The notes under the pieces were generated by a model. The model saw nothing but the letters and a program-made list of their open reading frames with translations, was not told the DNA's origin and searched no databases. From the IMG/VR virus record IMGVR_UViG_3300001589_000007, positions 6,291-70,290 of that record: 64,000 bases of DNA; one strand, written 5' to 3'. Positions 1 to 10,782 of the stretch are shown here, in pieces (position 1 is the first letter of the stretch; every line of letters starts with the position of its first letter). The DNA is from a virus. The translations under genes and the position numbers were made by a program.

Positions 1-44
1 CAGTACGTATTAAGTACATAGCAAACTAAATTTAAAAATATTCC

Positions 45-52
45 GATAAATA
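45..52 (+). promoter_or_regulatory. T4-like late promoter (GATAAATA)
   Basis: GATAAATA, then AGGAG SD and GTG start at 71; the same octamer recurs upstream of many structural genes. Confidence 0.7.
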
Positions 53-70
53 CTGTGTCAGGAGATTATA

Positions 71-3000
71 GTGGCACAACTAGGTAGAATATCTGGACAG
101 GTATTAGAAAATAACTTACTAAGGCAGAATGTAAATTTAGATTTTAGAAATCTAAATGCTAGTACGCCTCTTCTTAAATTTGATGTACAAAATAATCTAA
201 TCGGTGTTAACACCTCATCTCCCTCACAACTTTTAACTGTTAATAGTACTGCTAACGCTACAAATCTATTAACAACTAATAGTGTTACTGTAAATAACTT
301 TAGTATTACTAATACTGGAATAGATGCACTTTCAGGAACATTTACAGTAAATGGCGCTACTGGTGTAAACGCTACTGGTATCGGAACTGACCAATTAATT
401 ATAAGAGATAATAGGATTTATTCTTATGTAAGTGATGCTCCTGTAACACTTTCACCAAATGCTTCAGGTACTATCGGTGCTCTAGTACATACACTAGATA
501 ACCCAAATGCTTATAGTACAAGTTCAGGTGATCAGTTTGGTGAGGTAGTAGCAATAGACGGTAACTCGGCTATAGTCGGCGCTCCATGGGAAGATGACGC
601 AGGTGGATTTACTTCAGGTAAAGCATACATATTCAATGTAACCTCAGGTGCTTTAGTACATACACTAGATAACCCAAATGCTTATAGTACAAGTTCAGGT
701 GATTTCTTTGCTGGGTCAGTTGCAATTTCAGGTAACTATGCTATTGTTGGCGCTCGCGGAGAAGATGAAGCAGGTGGTAATAATTCAGGTAAAGCATACA
801 TATTCAATGTAACCTCAGGTGCTTTAGTACATACACTAGATAACCCAAATGCCTATAGCACAAGTACTAGTGATAGATTTGGTGATAGGGTTGCAATATC
901 AGGTAACTCGGCCATAGTTGGTGCTTATATTGAAGATGATGCAGGTGGATTTAGTTCAGGTAAAGCATACATATTCAATGTAACCTCGGGTGCTTTAGTA
1001 CATACACTAGATAATCCAACTGCTTATGGCACTAGTGCAAATGATTACTTTGGTTCGAGTGTTGCAATAAGCGGTAACTATGCTATCGTTGGCGCTTATC
1101 AGGAAGATGATGCAGGTGGTAGTAGTTCAGGTAAAGCATACATATTCAATGTAACCTCGGGTGCTCTAGTACATACACTAGATAATCCAAATGCCTATAG
1201 CACAAGTGGAGGTGATAGATTTGGTAGTGCGGTTGCTATATCAGGTAACTCGGCTATTGTAGGTGCTTGGGGCGAAGATGACGCAGGTGGATTTAGTTCA
1301 GGTAAAGTATATATCTACAATGTAACCTCAGGTGCTTTAGTACATACACTAGATAATCCAACTGCTTATAGTACAAGTTCAGGTGATACCTTTGGTTCGA
1401 GTGTTGCAATAAGCGGTAACTTGGCTATCGTTGGCGCTTATCAGGAAGATGATGCAGGTGGTAGTAGTTCAGGTAAAGCATACATATTCAATGTAACCTC
1501 AGGTGCTCTAGTATCTACAATAGATAATCCAAACGCTTATGGTACAAGTGCAGATGATGACTTTAGTTATCAAGTAGCAATATCAGGTAACTCGGTTATT
1601 GTAGGTGCAGATGGCGAAGATGATGCAGGTGGTAGTCAGTCAGGTAAAGCATATATCTACAAAATAGAAAATACTATTGAGTTACTAACCAACACTAATG
1701 TTACAGGCAATTTACATGCTACTGGAAATATTACAGCTAACGGAAATATTGTTATTGGTAATGATGATAATGATAGTTTAACATTATCAGGCGAGTTAGT
1801 AACTGATATTATACCAGATGCTACAGCAACATACAATTTAGGTAGCACATCAAAACGTTGGTCAAATTCTTGGGTAAAAGATGTTACTAGTAATGTAGTA
1901 ACAGCTGACCTCGCAACTATTGACGGTGTTAGTTTAACACAAACACAAGGAAATATAGTGTATATTTCCAAAAATGGTAGTGACACAAATACAGGAACCC
2001 ATCAAAATGATACTGTTTTAACTTTAGAAAAAGCAATAACACTAGTATCAGCCGGTGATACAATTCATATATATCCTGGTACATATGTAGAAACATTTCC
2101 TTTAACAATTCCAGTTGGAGTAACCGTTACTGGTGAAGATATGCGTAATGTTATTCTAACTCCCACTGGTGCAACAGAGTCTAATGATGCTTTCTTAATT
2201 AACGGCGAAGTAACTATTGAAAATTTAACTATTAAAGATTTTTACTATAACAGTGGTGCTGATACTGGTTACGGATTTAGGTATACTGCAAGTAGTGTAG
2301 TAACTTCAAGAAGTCCATACATTAGAAATTGTACAGTTATTACTAAAGGTAGTGTAACAAGTGTAAGTGATCCTAGAGGATTTGCACAAGGAGATGCAGG
2401 CAGAGGAGCATTAGTTGACGGTGCAAGTGTTACAACTTCAAGCAAAGAAGCTGGAATGTTATTCCATGCGGCAACATTTATTACTCCGGGTCAACAAGGA
2501 CTAACATCAAAAAATGGTGCTAGGATTGAGTGGCTTAATAGCTTTACGTACTTTGCATCTATTGGCATAGTAACAGAACAAGGATCAACAGGACTTGCAG
2601 GACAAGGTGTAAAATACGGTTCAGAAATACGCTGTATTGGAAGTGCTAATGTTTACGGAACTAAGGCTATTGTAGCAGATGGTGCAGGTACACTAATATA
2701 TCTAGTAAATCATAACTTTGGATATATAGGTGTAGGTAAAGATGTAACGAACGACAAAACTTTACATATACAAGCAAATGAAGTTACTAAATTAAATAGT
2801 GCAGTAGTTGTGTTTACGTCTTTAGACCACGGCGGGGTTTATCGGGTTGGCAGTGCATTAGAAGTAAATCAAGAAACAGGTGAAACAGTAATTGACTCTA
2901 CAAATTTTGATTTTAGTGGAGTCGAAAAATTAACAATATCAACTGGTGGACAATCTGTACAGCTTAAAGGTGAAAAAGTAGAAACTGATTTTATTAAATT

Positions 3001-5530
3001 TTCAGGATCTACATTAGAAACTATAGTAGGAGAATTAACTTTAGATGCAGGAGGCGGAGACTTTAATTTTACTAGTAATACTAATATCTCTGGTAATTTA
3101 GATGTAACAGGAAATGTAACATTAGGTGGAACACTTGTTAGGTTAGGAAATGCAGATACTGATAAGATAGATTTTAATGCTGACATTGAAGGTAATTTAA
3201 TACCAAATTTAAATAGTTTTAGCTTAGGACGTAACGGAAAGCAATGGAATACTATACATGCTAGTAATATAGATCTTGATAACTTATCTATTCAAGGTAA
3301 TAAAATTAAAACAGACGAATCTAATGCAGATTTAGAATTAGATGGTAACGGCTCGTTTCCCGGACATGTTTACTTTACTGCAACAGACGTTTTAGGAACA
3401 GTTACTACTACTGCAACTTCTGGAAGAAATGTTTTTACAGAAGCTAATATAAACGGACAACTTACAGTTACAGGTAATTTAATAGGAAGTGGAACAAGTC
3501 ATACCTTACGTCAAATTAGCACATCATCATTAGTAGCAAATTCTAGTAATAACTTAACTACATTTGATAATATATCGTTTAACGGAAATCAAATTAATAC
3601 AACAACAGGTAATGATGATTTAAACTTAGACCCATCAGGAACTGGAAAGGTCAATTTTTTATCAAATTTAGATGTGGTAAATCTAATTGCTCCTAGTGCA
3701 AGTGTTAGTATTGCTAATGCGTCAGGATTAGATAAAGTAGTTGGAGAAGAGTTACTTTCACAAAATATTATTTTAACAGGTGATGCAGTAATAGAAGATA
3801 TTGCTATAGCTGATAATATGATATCGACTAGAACTAGTAATAGCGATTTAGTACTTAAAGCAAGTGGAGCAGGAACTATAAGGTTCCAAGAAGATGTTAT
3901 ACTTACTGGCGATGTAATAACTCCGGCAACAAGTACTGTTGCATCAACCTCTACTGGTAATCTTGGTGCGAATAGATTAATAGTACAAACACTTAATTCA
4001 GAAAATAAACAAATTATATTTGAAGATGTTATGTTTGCTGGTAATAGAGTTACAAGTACAGATTCTAATAGTGACCTAGAGTTTAGAGCAAACGGATCAG
4101 GTATAGTAAGAGTTAAGGAAAATTTTATTGCTAGTAATGATTTGACTGTAGGAAAAATAACTTCTTTACAAGCAACTACAATAAACAATACACTTACAGT
4201 TGATACTATAACTGCAACAAATATATCCGGCGTAGGTAGCAGTATATTTGAAGGTGTATCTCTTAGTGGAAATGTAATTAGTACTAAAGACTCAGATGCT
4301 AATTTAGAATTACGAGCTAATGGAACAGGTAAAGTTACATTTGGTGAAAACGTTGTTGTTGAAAATGATGTTACAGTTAGTGGTACAACCACTATTGGTA
4401 GCATAAATGTACAAAATACATTTGAAACACTTAACTTTAATTCTGTAAATTTAAATATATCAGGAACATCAACACTAAAATCAAATATTGATAAAGTAAG
4501 AATAAGCGGTAATACAATTAATACTATTGTTACTGACACTGATTTAGAATTACGTGCAAGCGGTTCTGGTGTTATTTCTATGAATGAGAATGTTGTAATT
4601 CCTAACAATATTACAGTTAGTGGAACTCTTAACACAAAAAATATTAACATACAAAATGATGTAGATTTAGGATCGCTTGAAGTACTGGGCAACATACAAA
4701 TTAATGATAATTTTGTAGAAACAACAGTTAGTGATAGTGATCTAGAACTTAGAGCAAATGGAAGTGGAATAGTTGATTATAACGGATTATCTTTTAGTAG
4801 TAATATATTAACAAATACTACAGGCAATCTACAATTAGATCCTACTGATATATTAAAGATTAATACAACTGGTTCTATTTTATTATCAAAAGGCACAACT
4901 GCACAAAGGAGTGGATCACCTACAGTTGGCACAGTTAGATATAACACAACTATAAATCAATTTGTTGGATATGGTCCAACAACAAATGTTGTATTAAGTA
5001 GTGCATTACTTTCGGACAATTATCAGACAGGAATAGAACTTTCTAGTATTGGTATTAGTAATGATTTAAATTTTAAGATAAACGGATCTATTGTTTCTAA
5101 GTTTACTAGTAATAATAAAACCGAATTTAATAAAGTTGAACTTAGTGGTATGACTTTAGATTCTAATAACCTTACAGTTACATCTGCTGATACAGACTTA
5201 ACACTTGATGCTAGACATGCAAGAGTTGCATTTGATAAATTACAGTTTTCTGATTTATATGTTTATGCAGATAATGCAACAGTTTCCTTTGCAAATACAG
5301 GCCAAGGATCAGTTAAATTTAACGATAATAAAGCGTTAGTATTACCTGCAGGAAACAGTGCAGGTAGAGAAACATCACCAGAACTAGGCCATACAAGATA
5401 CAATACTGAGCTTGCATATTTAGAGGTATTTACTGGCGGAGCCTGGACTACAGCCGTCGGAAGTGGCGGTGCAGCCTCGGCTGCCGACATGGCAGATGTC
5501 CTTAATACCTACACTATCATCTTTGGGTAG
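71..5530 (+). CDS. Large tail fibre/adhesin-like structural protein with FG-GAP beta-propeller, pectin-lyase-like beta-helix and repeated DxDLELRANGxG units
   Basis: 1819 aa ORF; seven FGxxVAISGNxAIVGAxxED...SGKAYIF repeats; YISKNGSD..GDTIHIYPGTY beta-helix entry; C-terminal LPAG..R..G.TRYN motif; paralogous to 5649..10778. Confidence 0.8.
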   Translation: MAQLGRISGQVLENNLLRQNVNLDFRNLNASTPLLKFDVQNNLIGVNTSSPSQLLTVNSTANATNLLTTNSVTVNNFSITNTGIDALSGTFTVNGATGVNATGIGTDQLIIRDNRIYSYVSDAPVTLSPNASGTIGALVHTLDNPNAYSTSSGDQFGEVVAIDGNSAIVGAPWEDDAGGFTSGKAYIFNVTSGALVHTLDNPNAYSTSSGDFFAGSVAISGNYAIVGARGEDEAGGNNSGKAYIFNVTSGALVHTLDNPNAYSTSTSDRFGDRVAISGNSAIVGAYIEDDAGGFSSGKAYIFNVTSGALVHTLDNPTAYGTSANDYFGSSVAISGNYAIVGAYQEDDAGGSSSGKAYIFNVTSGALVHTLDNPNAYSTSGGDRFGSAVAISGNSAIVGAWGEDDAGGFSSGKVYIYNVTSGALVHTLDNPTAYSTSSGDTFGSSVAISGNLAIVGAYQEDDAGGSSSGKAYIFNVTSGALVSTIDNPNAYGTSADDDFSYQVAISGNSVIVGADGEDDAGGSQSGKAYIYKIENTIELLTNTNVTGNLHATGNITANGNIVIGNDDNDSLTLSGELVTDIIPDATATYNLGSTSKRWSNSWVKDVTSNVVTADLATIDGVSLTQTQGNIVYISKNGSDTNTGTHQNDTVLTLEKAITLVSAGDTIHIYPGTYVETFPLTIPVGVTVTGEDMRNVILTPTGATESNDAFLINGEVTIENLTIKDFYYNSGADTGYGFRYTASSVVTSRSPYIRNCTVITKGSVTSVSDPRGFAQGDAGRGALVDGASVTTSSKEAGMLFHAATFITPGQQGLTSKNGARIEWLNSFTYFASIGIVTEQGSTGLAGQGVKYGSEIRCIGSANVYGTKAIVADGAGTLIYLVNHNFGYIGVGKDVTNDKTLHIQANEVTKLNSAVVVFTSLDHGGVYRVGSALEVNQETGETVIDSTNFDFSGVEKLTISTGGQSVQLKGEKVETDFIKFSGSTLETIVGELTLDAGGGDFNFTSNTNISGNLDVTGNVTLGGTLVRLGNADTDKIDFNADIEGNLIPNLNSFSLGRNGKQWNTIHASNIDLDNLSIQGNKIKTDESNADLELDGNGSFPGHVYFTATDVLGTVTTTATSGRNVFTEANINGQLTVTGNLIGSGTSHTLRQISTSSLVANSSNNLTTFDNISFNGNQINTTTGNDDLNLDPSGTGKVNFLSNLDVVNLIAPSASVSIANASGLDKVVGEELLSQNIILTGDAVIEDIAIADNMISTRTSNSDLVLKASGAGTIRFQEDVILTGDVITPATSTVASTSTGNLGANRLIVQTLNSENKQIIFEDVMFAGNRVTSTDSNSDLEFRANGSGIVRVKENFIASNDLTVGKITSLQATTINNTLTVDTITATNISGVGSSIFEGVSLSGNVISTKDSDANLELRANGTGKVTFGENVVVENDVTVSGTTTIGSINVQNTFETLNFNSVNLNISGTSTLKSNIDKVRISGNTINTIVTDTDLELRASGSGVISMNENVVIPNNITVSGTLNTKNINIQNDVDLGSLEVLGNIQINDNFVETTVSDSDLELRANGSGIVDYNGLSFSSNILTNTTGNLQLDPTDILKINTTGSILLSKGTTAQRSGSPTVGTVRYNTTINQFVGYGPTTNVVLSSALLSDNYQTGIELSSIGISNDLNFKINGSIVSKFTSNNKTEFNKVELSGMTLDSNNLTVTSADTDLTLDARHARVAFDKLQFSDLYVYADNATVSFANTGQGSVKFNDNKALVLPAGNSAGRETSPELGHTRYNTELAYLEVFTGGAWTTAVGSGGAASAADMADVLNTYTIIFG
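476..1672 (+). repeat. Seven tandem 171-bp repeats encoding FG-GAP propeller blades
   Basis: Units begin with ggtgct at 171-bp intervals from 476 to 1502; high nucleotide identity between units. Confidence 0.92.
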
Positions 5531-5534
5531 ATCA

Positions 5535-5542
5535 TATAAATA
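5535..5542 (+). promoter_or_regulatory. T4-like late promoter TATAAATA
   Basis: Exact T4 gp55 consensus in the intergenic gap. Confidence 0.75.
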
Positions 5543-5547
5543 CATTA

Positions 5548-5648
5548 TATAATAGATGCATAGACCTAATTGTGTTTATTATCATACTGTGGTTAGCCCG
5601 CAATGTAAGGTGGCTAGAGGGACAGGATCCCCGTATTGAGGAGAAAAG
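5548..5648 (+). ncRNA. Candidate structured 5' leader RNA (hairpin, possible H-type pseudoknot, hairpin)
   Basis: GC-rich island in AT-rich DNA; pairings 5549-5560/5571-5582, 5588-5592/5598-5602, 5593-5597/5613-5617, 5619-5622/5628-5631; SD GAGGAG at 5638. Confidence 0.45.
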
Positions 5649-8600
5649 ATGGCTGTAGGTCGCATATCCGGTCCGCTCTTAAAGTCAAATCTCGTTAGAA
5701 ACGGGGTAGACTTAGCATTTGAGACGGATCTTCTATATCTAGATGTAGGTAACAGCCGTGTTGGTGTAAAAACTACAACTCCACAATACGACTTAGATGT
5801 AGCAGGAACCCTTCAAGCAACTAACTTACGAGCTACAACAGCTCTTACAGTGGGTAATATTATATTAGATTCTAATGGACTTAGAAACCCTAATGGAAGC
5901 ATCACATTAGGTACGGCTGATGAAGTAATTTATCAAAATAAATTAACAATCGACTCTATTGAAATAAATGACAATACTATTAGTACTAACGAATCAAATG
6001 CTAACCTAGAAATAGATGCAAACGGTACAGGCACTATTGAATTACTTGCTAACACTAATGTAACTGGTAATTTACATGCTACAGGAAATATTACAGCTAA
6101 CGGAAACATTACATTAGGTGATGCTGATACTGATAATATTACACTTAATGCTGAAATTGCTAGTGATATTATACCTGATGTTCATAATACACATAACTTA
6201 GGTAGTACTAGTAAACGCTGGAATGACCTATTTGCAACTAATGTAAATGCTACAAATGTTAATGCAACATCATTAAATATTGGTTCAATTAATTTAGCAC
6301 AAGTCCAAGGTAATATTGTATATGTTTCCAAAAATGGTAACGATACAAATGCCGGATTACATCAAAATAATCCAGTACTTACAATTACAAAAGCATTAAC
6401 TTTAGCATCAGCTGGTGATACAATTCATGTATATCCTGGAGATTATGAAGAAGTATGCCCAATGACTATACCAGCCGGTGTTACTATTAAAGGTCATAGT
6501 ATGCGTACTGTGAGTGTTAATCCTACTTCTGGAACTAACAATAACGATATATTTTTATTAAATGGTGAAACTACTATTGAAGATCTAACTGTTAAAGATT
6601 TCTTTTTTAATAGTGGAGCAAACGAAGGCTACGCTTTTAAATTTGCAAATAATATCACAGTAACTTCAAGAAGTCCTTATATTAGAAACGTGAGTGTACT
6701 TACAGCAGGATCTGTAACTAGCGGAAGTGACCCTAGAGGATTTGATCAGGGAGATGCAGGAAAAGGAGCATACTTAGATGGACAAGTTGCTCATTCATCA
6801 AGTAAAGAAGCAGGGTGTTTATTCCATGCAGTAACATTTATTACTCCAGGAGTTGATGCCCTTTCAGTAACTAACGGAACAAGAATTGAATGGCTTAATA
6901 GTTTTACTTACTTTGCTTCTAAAGGACTATATGCGTTTGATGGAACACAAGGTTTAAAAAACGCAGGTCAAACAGCAATAAGAGTTGGCGGCTTAACTGG
7001 ATCATTTTCAGCAAGTGAAACGTTTACTTTAAAGAGTGTTGACGGAAGTAGTACGTTAGGTACAGGTACTATTGCTAGTAAAGATGCAGATGGAAAATTT
7101 TATATAAATGGAAAAGTTAGTGGTGTAAGTGAAGTTACAACACGTACAGCAAAAAATCAAAGTGCAGTTGGTAATGCACAATTAAGTACAGCTCAAAAGA
7201 AATTTGGAAGTGCTAGTTTATTATTAGACGGTACAGATGACTATGTAAGTATGGGAGCTAGTGATGATTTTGGTTTTGGCACTGGCGACTTCACACTTGA
7301 ATGTTTTATTAGATTAGGTACAGTCAGCGGAGTACAAACAGTATTTGACTTACGTGCAGGATTAGCTTCAGATATTACTCCTACATTATTAATAGATGGT
7401 ACTACACTAAAATTTAATGTTGCTGATGTTACAAGAATATCAGGCGGGACGTTAGCAGTAAATACATGGCACCATATTGCAGTAAGTAGATTATCTAACA
7501 CAACTAAACTATATTTAGATGGTGCAAAAGTTGGTACAGGGATTTTAGATAATAATAATTATGGATCAAGTAAACCAGTTAGATTAGGTGCTACATTTGC
7601 AGGAACAAATTCAGTTAACGGATACATTGATGACGTAAGGATTAGTAATAGTTCTAGATACTCATCTGATGCAGGATTTACTGTTGCTACAGCAGAGCTA
7701 GTAGGCGATGTAACTACTAAATTTTTAGCACACTTTAACGGAGCAAATGCTTTTACAACTTTTGTAGAAGATATTAAAATTGCACAAAATATTGAATTTA
7801 GCGGAGGAGCAACAGCTAACTATATAGATTTATTTGATGTAACCGATTTTGGTGGTGAAATTAGATCAATAGGTAGTGCAAACGTATACGGAACACACGG
7901 AGCATATGGTGATGGCCCAGGTGTTATTATGTACTTGGTAGGTCAAAACTTTGCGTATATCGGTAATGGAAAAGCAGTTGATAATGATAAATCAACAGTT
8001 ATTCAAGCTAACGAAGTTGTTGAAGATAATAATGCTAAAGTAAATTTTACTAGTGTTGACCATAGAGGAGACTTTAGAGTAGGAGATGCATTTTACGTTG
8101 ATCAAGAAACAGGACAAGTGCAATTTAATACAGCAAACCTAGAAGTCATTACCACTAATGGTTTAACCTTCCAAACAGGTAGTGATACAACGTTTATTGA
8201 TGGTACTAAAATTGAAACTGGTGATTTTAGAATACAAGGAAGTACAGTTAAAACTTTAACCACCGACATGACAATATCAAGTGTTAGTGGATCAATTAAT
8301 ATAGTAGATAACACAAATATAACTGGAAATTTAGATGTAACTGGAAATGTTACTATAGGTGGTGATATTACTATTGGTGATGCTGATACTGACGGAATAC
8401 AATTTACTGGAGATATTGATAGTAATTTAATTCCAAACGTAGATGCAACATTCAATATAGGTACAAATACAAAACGTTGGAATAATGTTTTTGCTAATAA
8501 TTTAGACTTAGATAATATTATAATCTCAGGTAACAAAATTGAAACTACTATTTCTAACTCATCTCTTGAACTAGATGCAAACGGCACTGGAAAAGTTAAA

Positions 8601-10778
8601 GTTCTAACTGATTTAGAAGTTGATAATACACTGGACGTAACTGGGATTGCAACTTTTAATTCACAAGTTAGAACTACAAATAACTTAACAGTTGATGGAA
8701 ACATTGTTCAGTCTTCAGGTACTACTACACTCGATGGTGGCTTAATAGTTAATAACGGACTTACTGTTGCAGGTAGTGCAATATTTGATAACATTGATAT
8801 TATCAATAATACAATTAGTACAAGTGATAGTAATAGCGATTTAGAACTTTCAGCAAGTGGAAGCGGTAAGGTTGTTATACCTGCCGGAACTGATTTATCA
8901 GTAGGCGGCGATGTTGCAATTAGTGGAGGACTAACTCTTACTAATCTAACTGCAAGCGGAAATATTACAGCGAATAGTGTTAATGTTAATACATTGTCAG
9001 TAGCTGGAGCCTTCCAATTTGAAAATATACAAATTGACGATAATGTTATTAGTACTACTATTAGTAATAGTGATTTAGAATTACGTGCAAGCGGCACAGG
9101 CAGAATAATAATACCATCAAACAATCTTGTAATTGAGCAAAATCTTTCTGTACTAGGTGCATTTACACCACAAAATCTAAACGTAAGTGATACAGCTACA
9201 GTAACAGGAAACCTAAACGTAACCGGCACTACGTCAATACTAGGTCAGGCGAATTTTGAAAATATTCAAGTTGCTGGTAATGTACTAAGAACAACAGACA
9301 GTAACAGTGATTTAGAATTAGAAGCCGCAGGAGCTGGTGATGTAAAAATTACTAATAGTAATGCAATTATTGATAATAATTTAACTGTCAGCGGAACAGC
9401 AATTTTAGGAGTAATGACTGCTTCAAACATTAATACTGGAAATATTGTAGTAAATGACACCATGACCATAAACGGTCAAGTAAATTTTGAAGATATTGAA
9501 ATTAATGATAATATTATTACTACTACAACTTCAAACAGCAACTTAGAATTAAAAGCAAATGGAACCGGTACTGTTCTTATACCAAATAATAATGTTGTAA
9601 TTACAAATGATTTAACAATAAACGGTAATACAAACTTTACAAATATTACAACTAGTGGATCGTTTAATGCTGGTGATGCATTAATTACTGGCACATTAAC
9701 TGTAACAGGCGTTGCGAATTTTGAAGATATTAGGATAGATGACAACTTTATTACTACGACACAAAGTAATAGTAATTTAGAATTACGTGCAAACGGCACT
9801 GGAAATATTAGTGTTCCAAATAATAATGTTGTTATTACAAATGACTTAACTGTAGATGGAACAGTAACACTTAACACATTAAATAGCACAGGAAAAATTA
9901 CAGCAAATAGTTTTACTACTGGTGATATATTAATTGACGATAACTTTATTACTACAACTACTAGTAATAGCAATTTAGAATTGAGAGCAAATGGAACAGG
10001 ATCTGTTACTACTGGTAACTTTAGTTTTAATACTAATGTATTAAGTACTGACGGTGATATGGTGCTAACACCAGCATCAGGTATACTACAAGTTAATAGT
10101 ACAGACAGTGTGTTATTACCAAAAGGTACAACTGCACAAAGAAATGCAAGTCCTGTAACAGGTATGACTCGTTATAATACAACAACTAATAAATTTGAAG
10201 GTTATAATGGAAGTTGGGTAGAGTTAAGCACAGAACTTAAAGATAGTGATAATGATACGTACATCACAGCAGAAAATACACCAGGTGCTAACGATAACAT
10301 TATTAGATTTTATAATAGTGGAGCACTTACTGCTAGTTTGGATGCAACTAAATTTAGCACAGCAAAACTTGAAGTAGATGATATAGAAATTGACGGAAGC
10401 ACTATTACGACGATAAGTACTAATACAGATTTAAACTTAAATGCTAATGGTACTGGCAGTGTTGTAATAGATAATTTTAAAATTAAAAATAATACAATTA
10501 CAAATACAGTAACTGATGCAAAAACAGTATTCCAACCAACAGGAAGCGGATATTTTAAATTTGCAGGTACTAAAGGAGTTGTTATTCCGTCTGGTACTGA
10601 TGCTACAAGGCCAAACCCGTCTAATTCAGAAACGGGTATGACACGTTATAATACGTCAGCGGCTAGAGTAGAAATTTTTAATGGAACGAACTGGGTATCA
10701 GTTGCTGGTTCCAGTGGAGGAATAAGTTTTGGTGATGCAGAGGCTTTGGCATTGGAGTACGTTTTAGCGTTAGGATAA
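5649..10778 (+). CDS. Large tail fibre-like structural protein with ConA/LamG-like lectin domain and beta-helix
   Basis: 1709 aa; FGTGDFTLECF..WHHIAVSR..LYLDG..GYIDDVRIS LamG-type motifs; many SNSNLELRANGTG repeats; paralogue of the upstream ORF. Confidence 0.8.
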   Translation: MAVGRISGPLLKSNLVRNGVDLAFETDLLYLDVGNSRVGVKTTTPQYDLDVAGTLQATNLRATTALTVGNIILDSNGLRNPNGSITLGTADEVIYQNKLTIDSIEINDNTISTNESNANLEIDANGTGTIELLANTNVTGNLHATGNITANGNITLGDADTDNITLNAEIASDIIPDVHNTHNLGSTSKRWNDLFATNVNATNVNATSLNIGSINLAQVQGNIVYVSKNGNDTNAGLHQNNPVLTITKALTLASAGDTIHVYPGDYEEVCPMTIPAGVTIKGHSMRTVSVNPTSGTNNNDIFLLNGETTIEDLTVKDFFFNSGANEGYAFKFANNITVTSRSPYIRNVSVLTAGSVTSGSDPRGFDQGDAGKGAYLDGQVAHSSSKEAGCLFHAVTFITPGVDALSVTNGTRIEWLNSFTYFASKGLYAFDGTQGLKNAGQTAIRVGGLTGSFSASETFTLKSVDGSSTLGTGTIASKDADGKFYINGKVSGVSEVTTRTAKNQSAVGNAQLSTAQKKFGSASLLLDGTDDYVSMGASDDFGFGTGDFTLECFIRLGTVSGVQTVFDLRAGLASDITPTLLIDGTTLKFNVADVTRISGGTLAVNTWHHIAVSRLSNTTKLYLDGAKVGTGILDNNNYGSSKPVRLGATFAGTNSVNGYIDDVRISNSSRYSSDAGFTVATAELVGDVTTKFLAHFNGANAFTTFVEDIKIAQNIEFSGGATANYIDLFDVTDFGGEIRSIGSANVYGTHGAYGDGPGVIMYLVGQNFAYIGNGKAVDNDKSTVIQANEVVEDNNAKVNFTSVDHRGDFRVGDAFYVDQETGQVQFNTANLEVITTNGLTFQTGSDTTFIDGTKIETGDFRIQGSTVKTLTTDMTISSVSGSINIVDNTNITGNLDVTGNVTIGGDITIGDADTDGIQFTGDIDSNLIPNVDATFNIGTNTKRWNNVFANNLDLDNIIISGNKIETTISNSSLELDANGTGKVKVLTDLEVDNTLDVTGIATFNSQVRTTNNLTVDGNIVQSSGTTTLDGGLIVNNGLTVAGSAIFDNIDIINNTISTSDSNSDLELSASGSGKVVIPAGTDLSVGGDVAISGGLTLTNLTASGNITANSVNVNTLSVAGAFQFENIQIDDNVISTTISNSDLELRASGTGRIIIPSNNLVIEQNLSVLGAFTPQNLNVSDTATVTGNLNVTGTTSILGQANFENIQVAGNVLRTTDSNSDLELEAAGAGDVKITNSNAIIDNNLTVSGTAILGVMTASNINTGNIVVNDTMTINGQVNFEDIEINDNIITTTTSNSNLELKANGTGTVLIPNNNVVITNDLTINGNTNFTNITTSGSFNAGDALITGTLTVTGVANFEDIRIDDNFITTTQSNSNLELRANGTGNISVPNNNVVITNDLTVDGTVTLNTLNSTGKITANSFTTGDILIDDNFITTTTSNSNLELRANGTGSVTTGNFSFNTNVLSTDGDMVLTPASGILQVNSTDSVLLPKGTTAQRNASPVTGMTRYNTTTNKFEGYNGSWVELSTELKDSDNDTYITAENTPGANDNIIRFYNSGALTASLDATKFSTAKLEVDDIEIDGSTITTISTNTDLNLNANGTGSVVIDNFKIKNNTITNTVTDAKTVFQPTGSGYFKFAGTKGVVIPSGTDATRPNPSNSETGMTRYNTSAARVEIFNGTNWVSVAGSSGGISFGDAEALALEYVLALG

Positions 10779-10782
10779 GAGA

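Noticed and set aside
476-1672. Possible CRISPR array or DGR template/variable repeats
   Set aside because: The units are 171-bp in-frame coding repeats without unique spacers; differences are not adenine-specific and there is no reverse transcriptase in the window
5587-5632. Resemblance of UGUGGUUAG..CCGCA to the 5' end of a pistol ribozyme
   Set aside because: The downstream P2/P3 elements and conserved linker could not be matched by eye; kept only as an unassigned structured RNA
1657-9973. Many long antisense ORFs (e.g. 3589..4695, 8102..8704) opposite the fibre genes
   Set aside because: They mirror the repetitive sense genes and have no SD, promoter or recognisable motifs; shadow ORFs arising from codon bias
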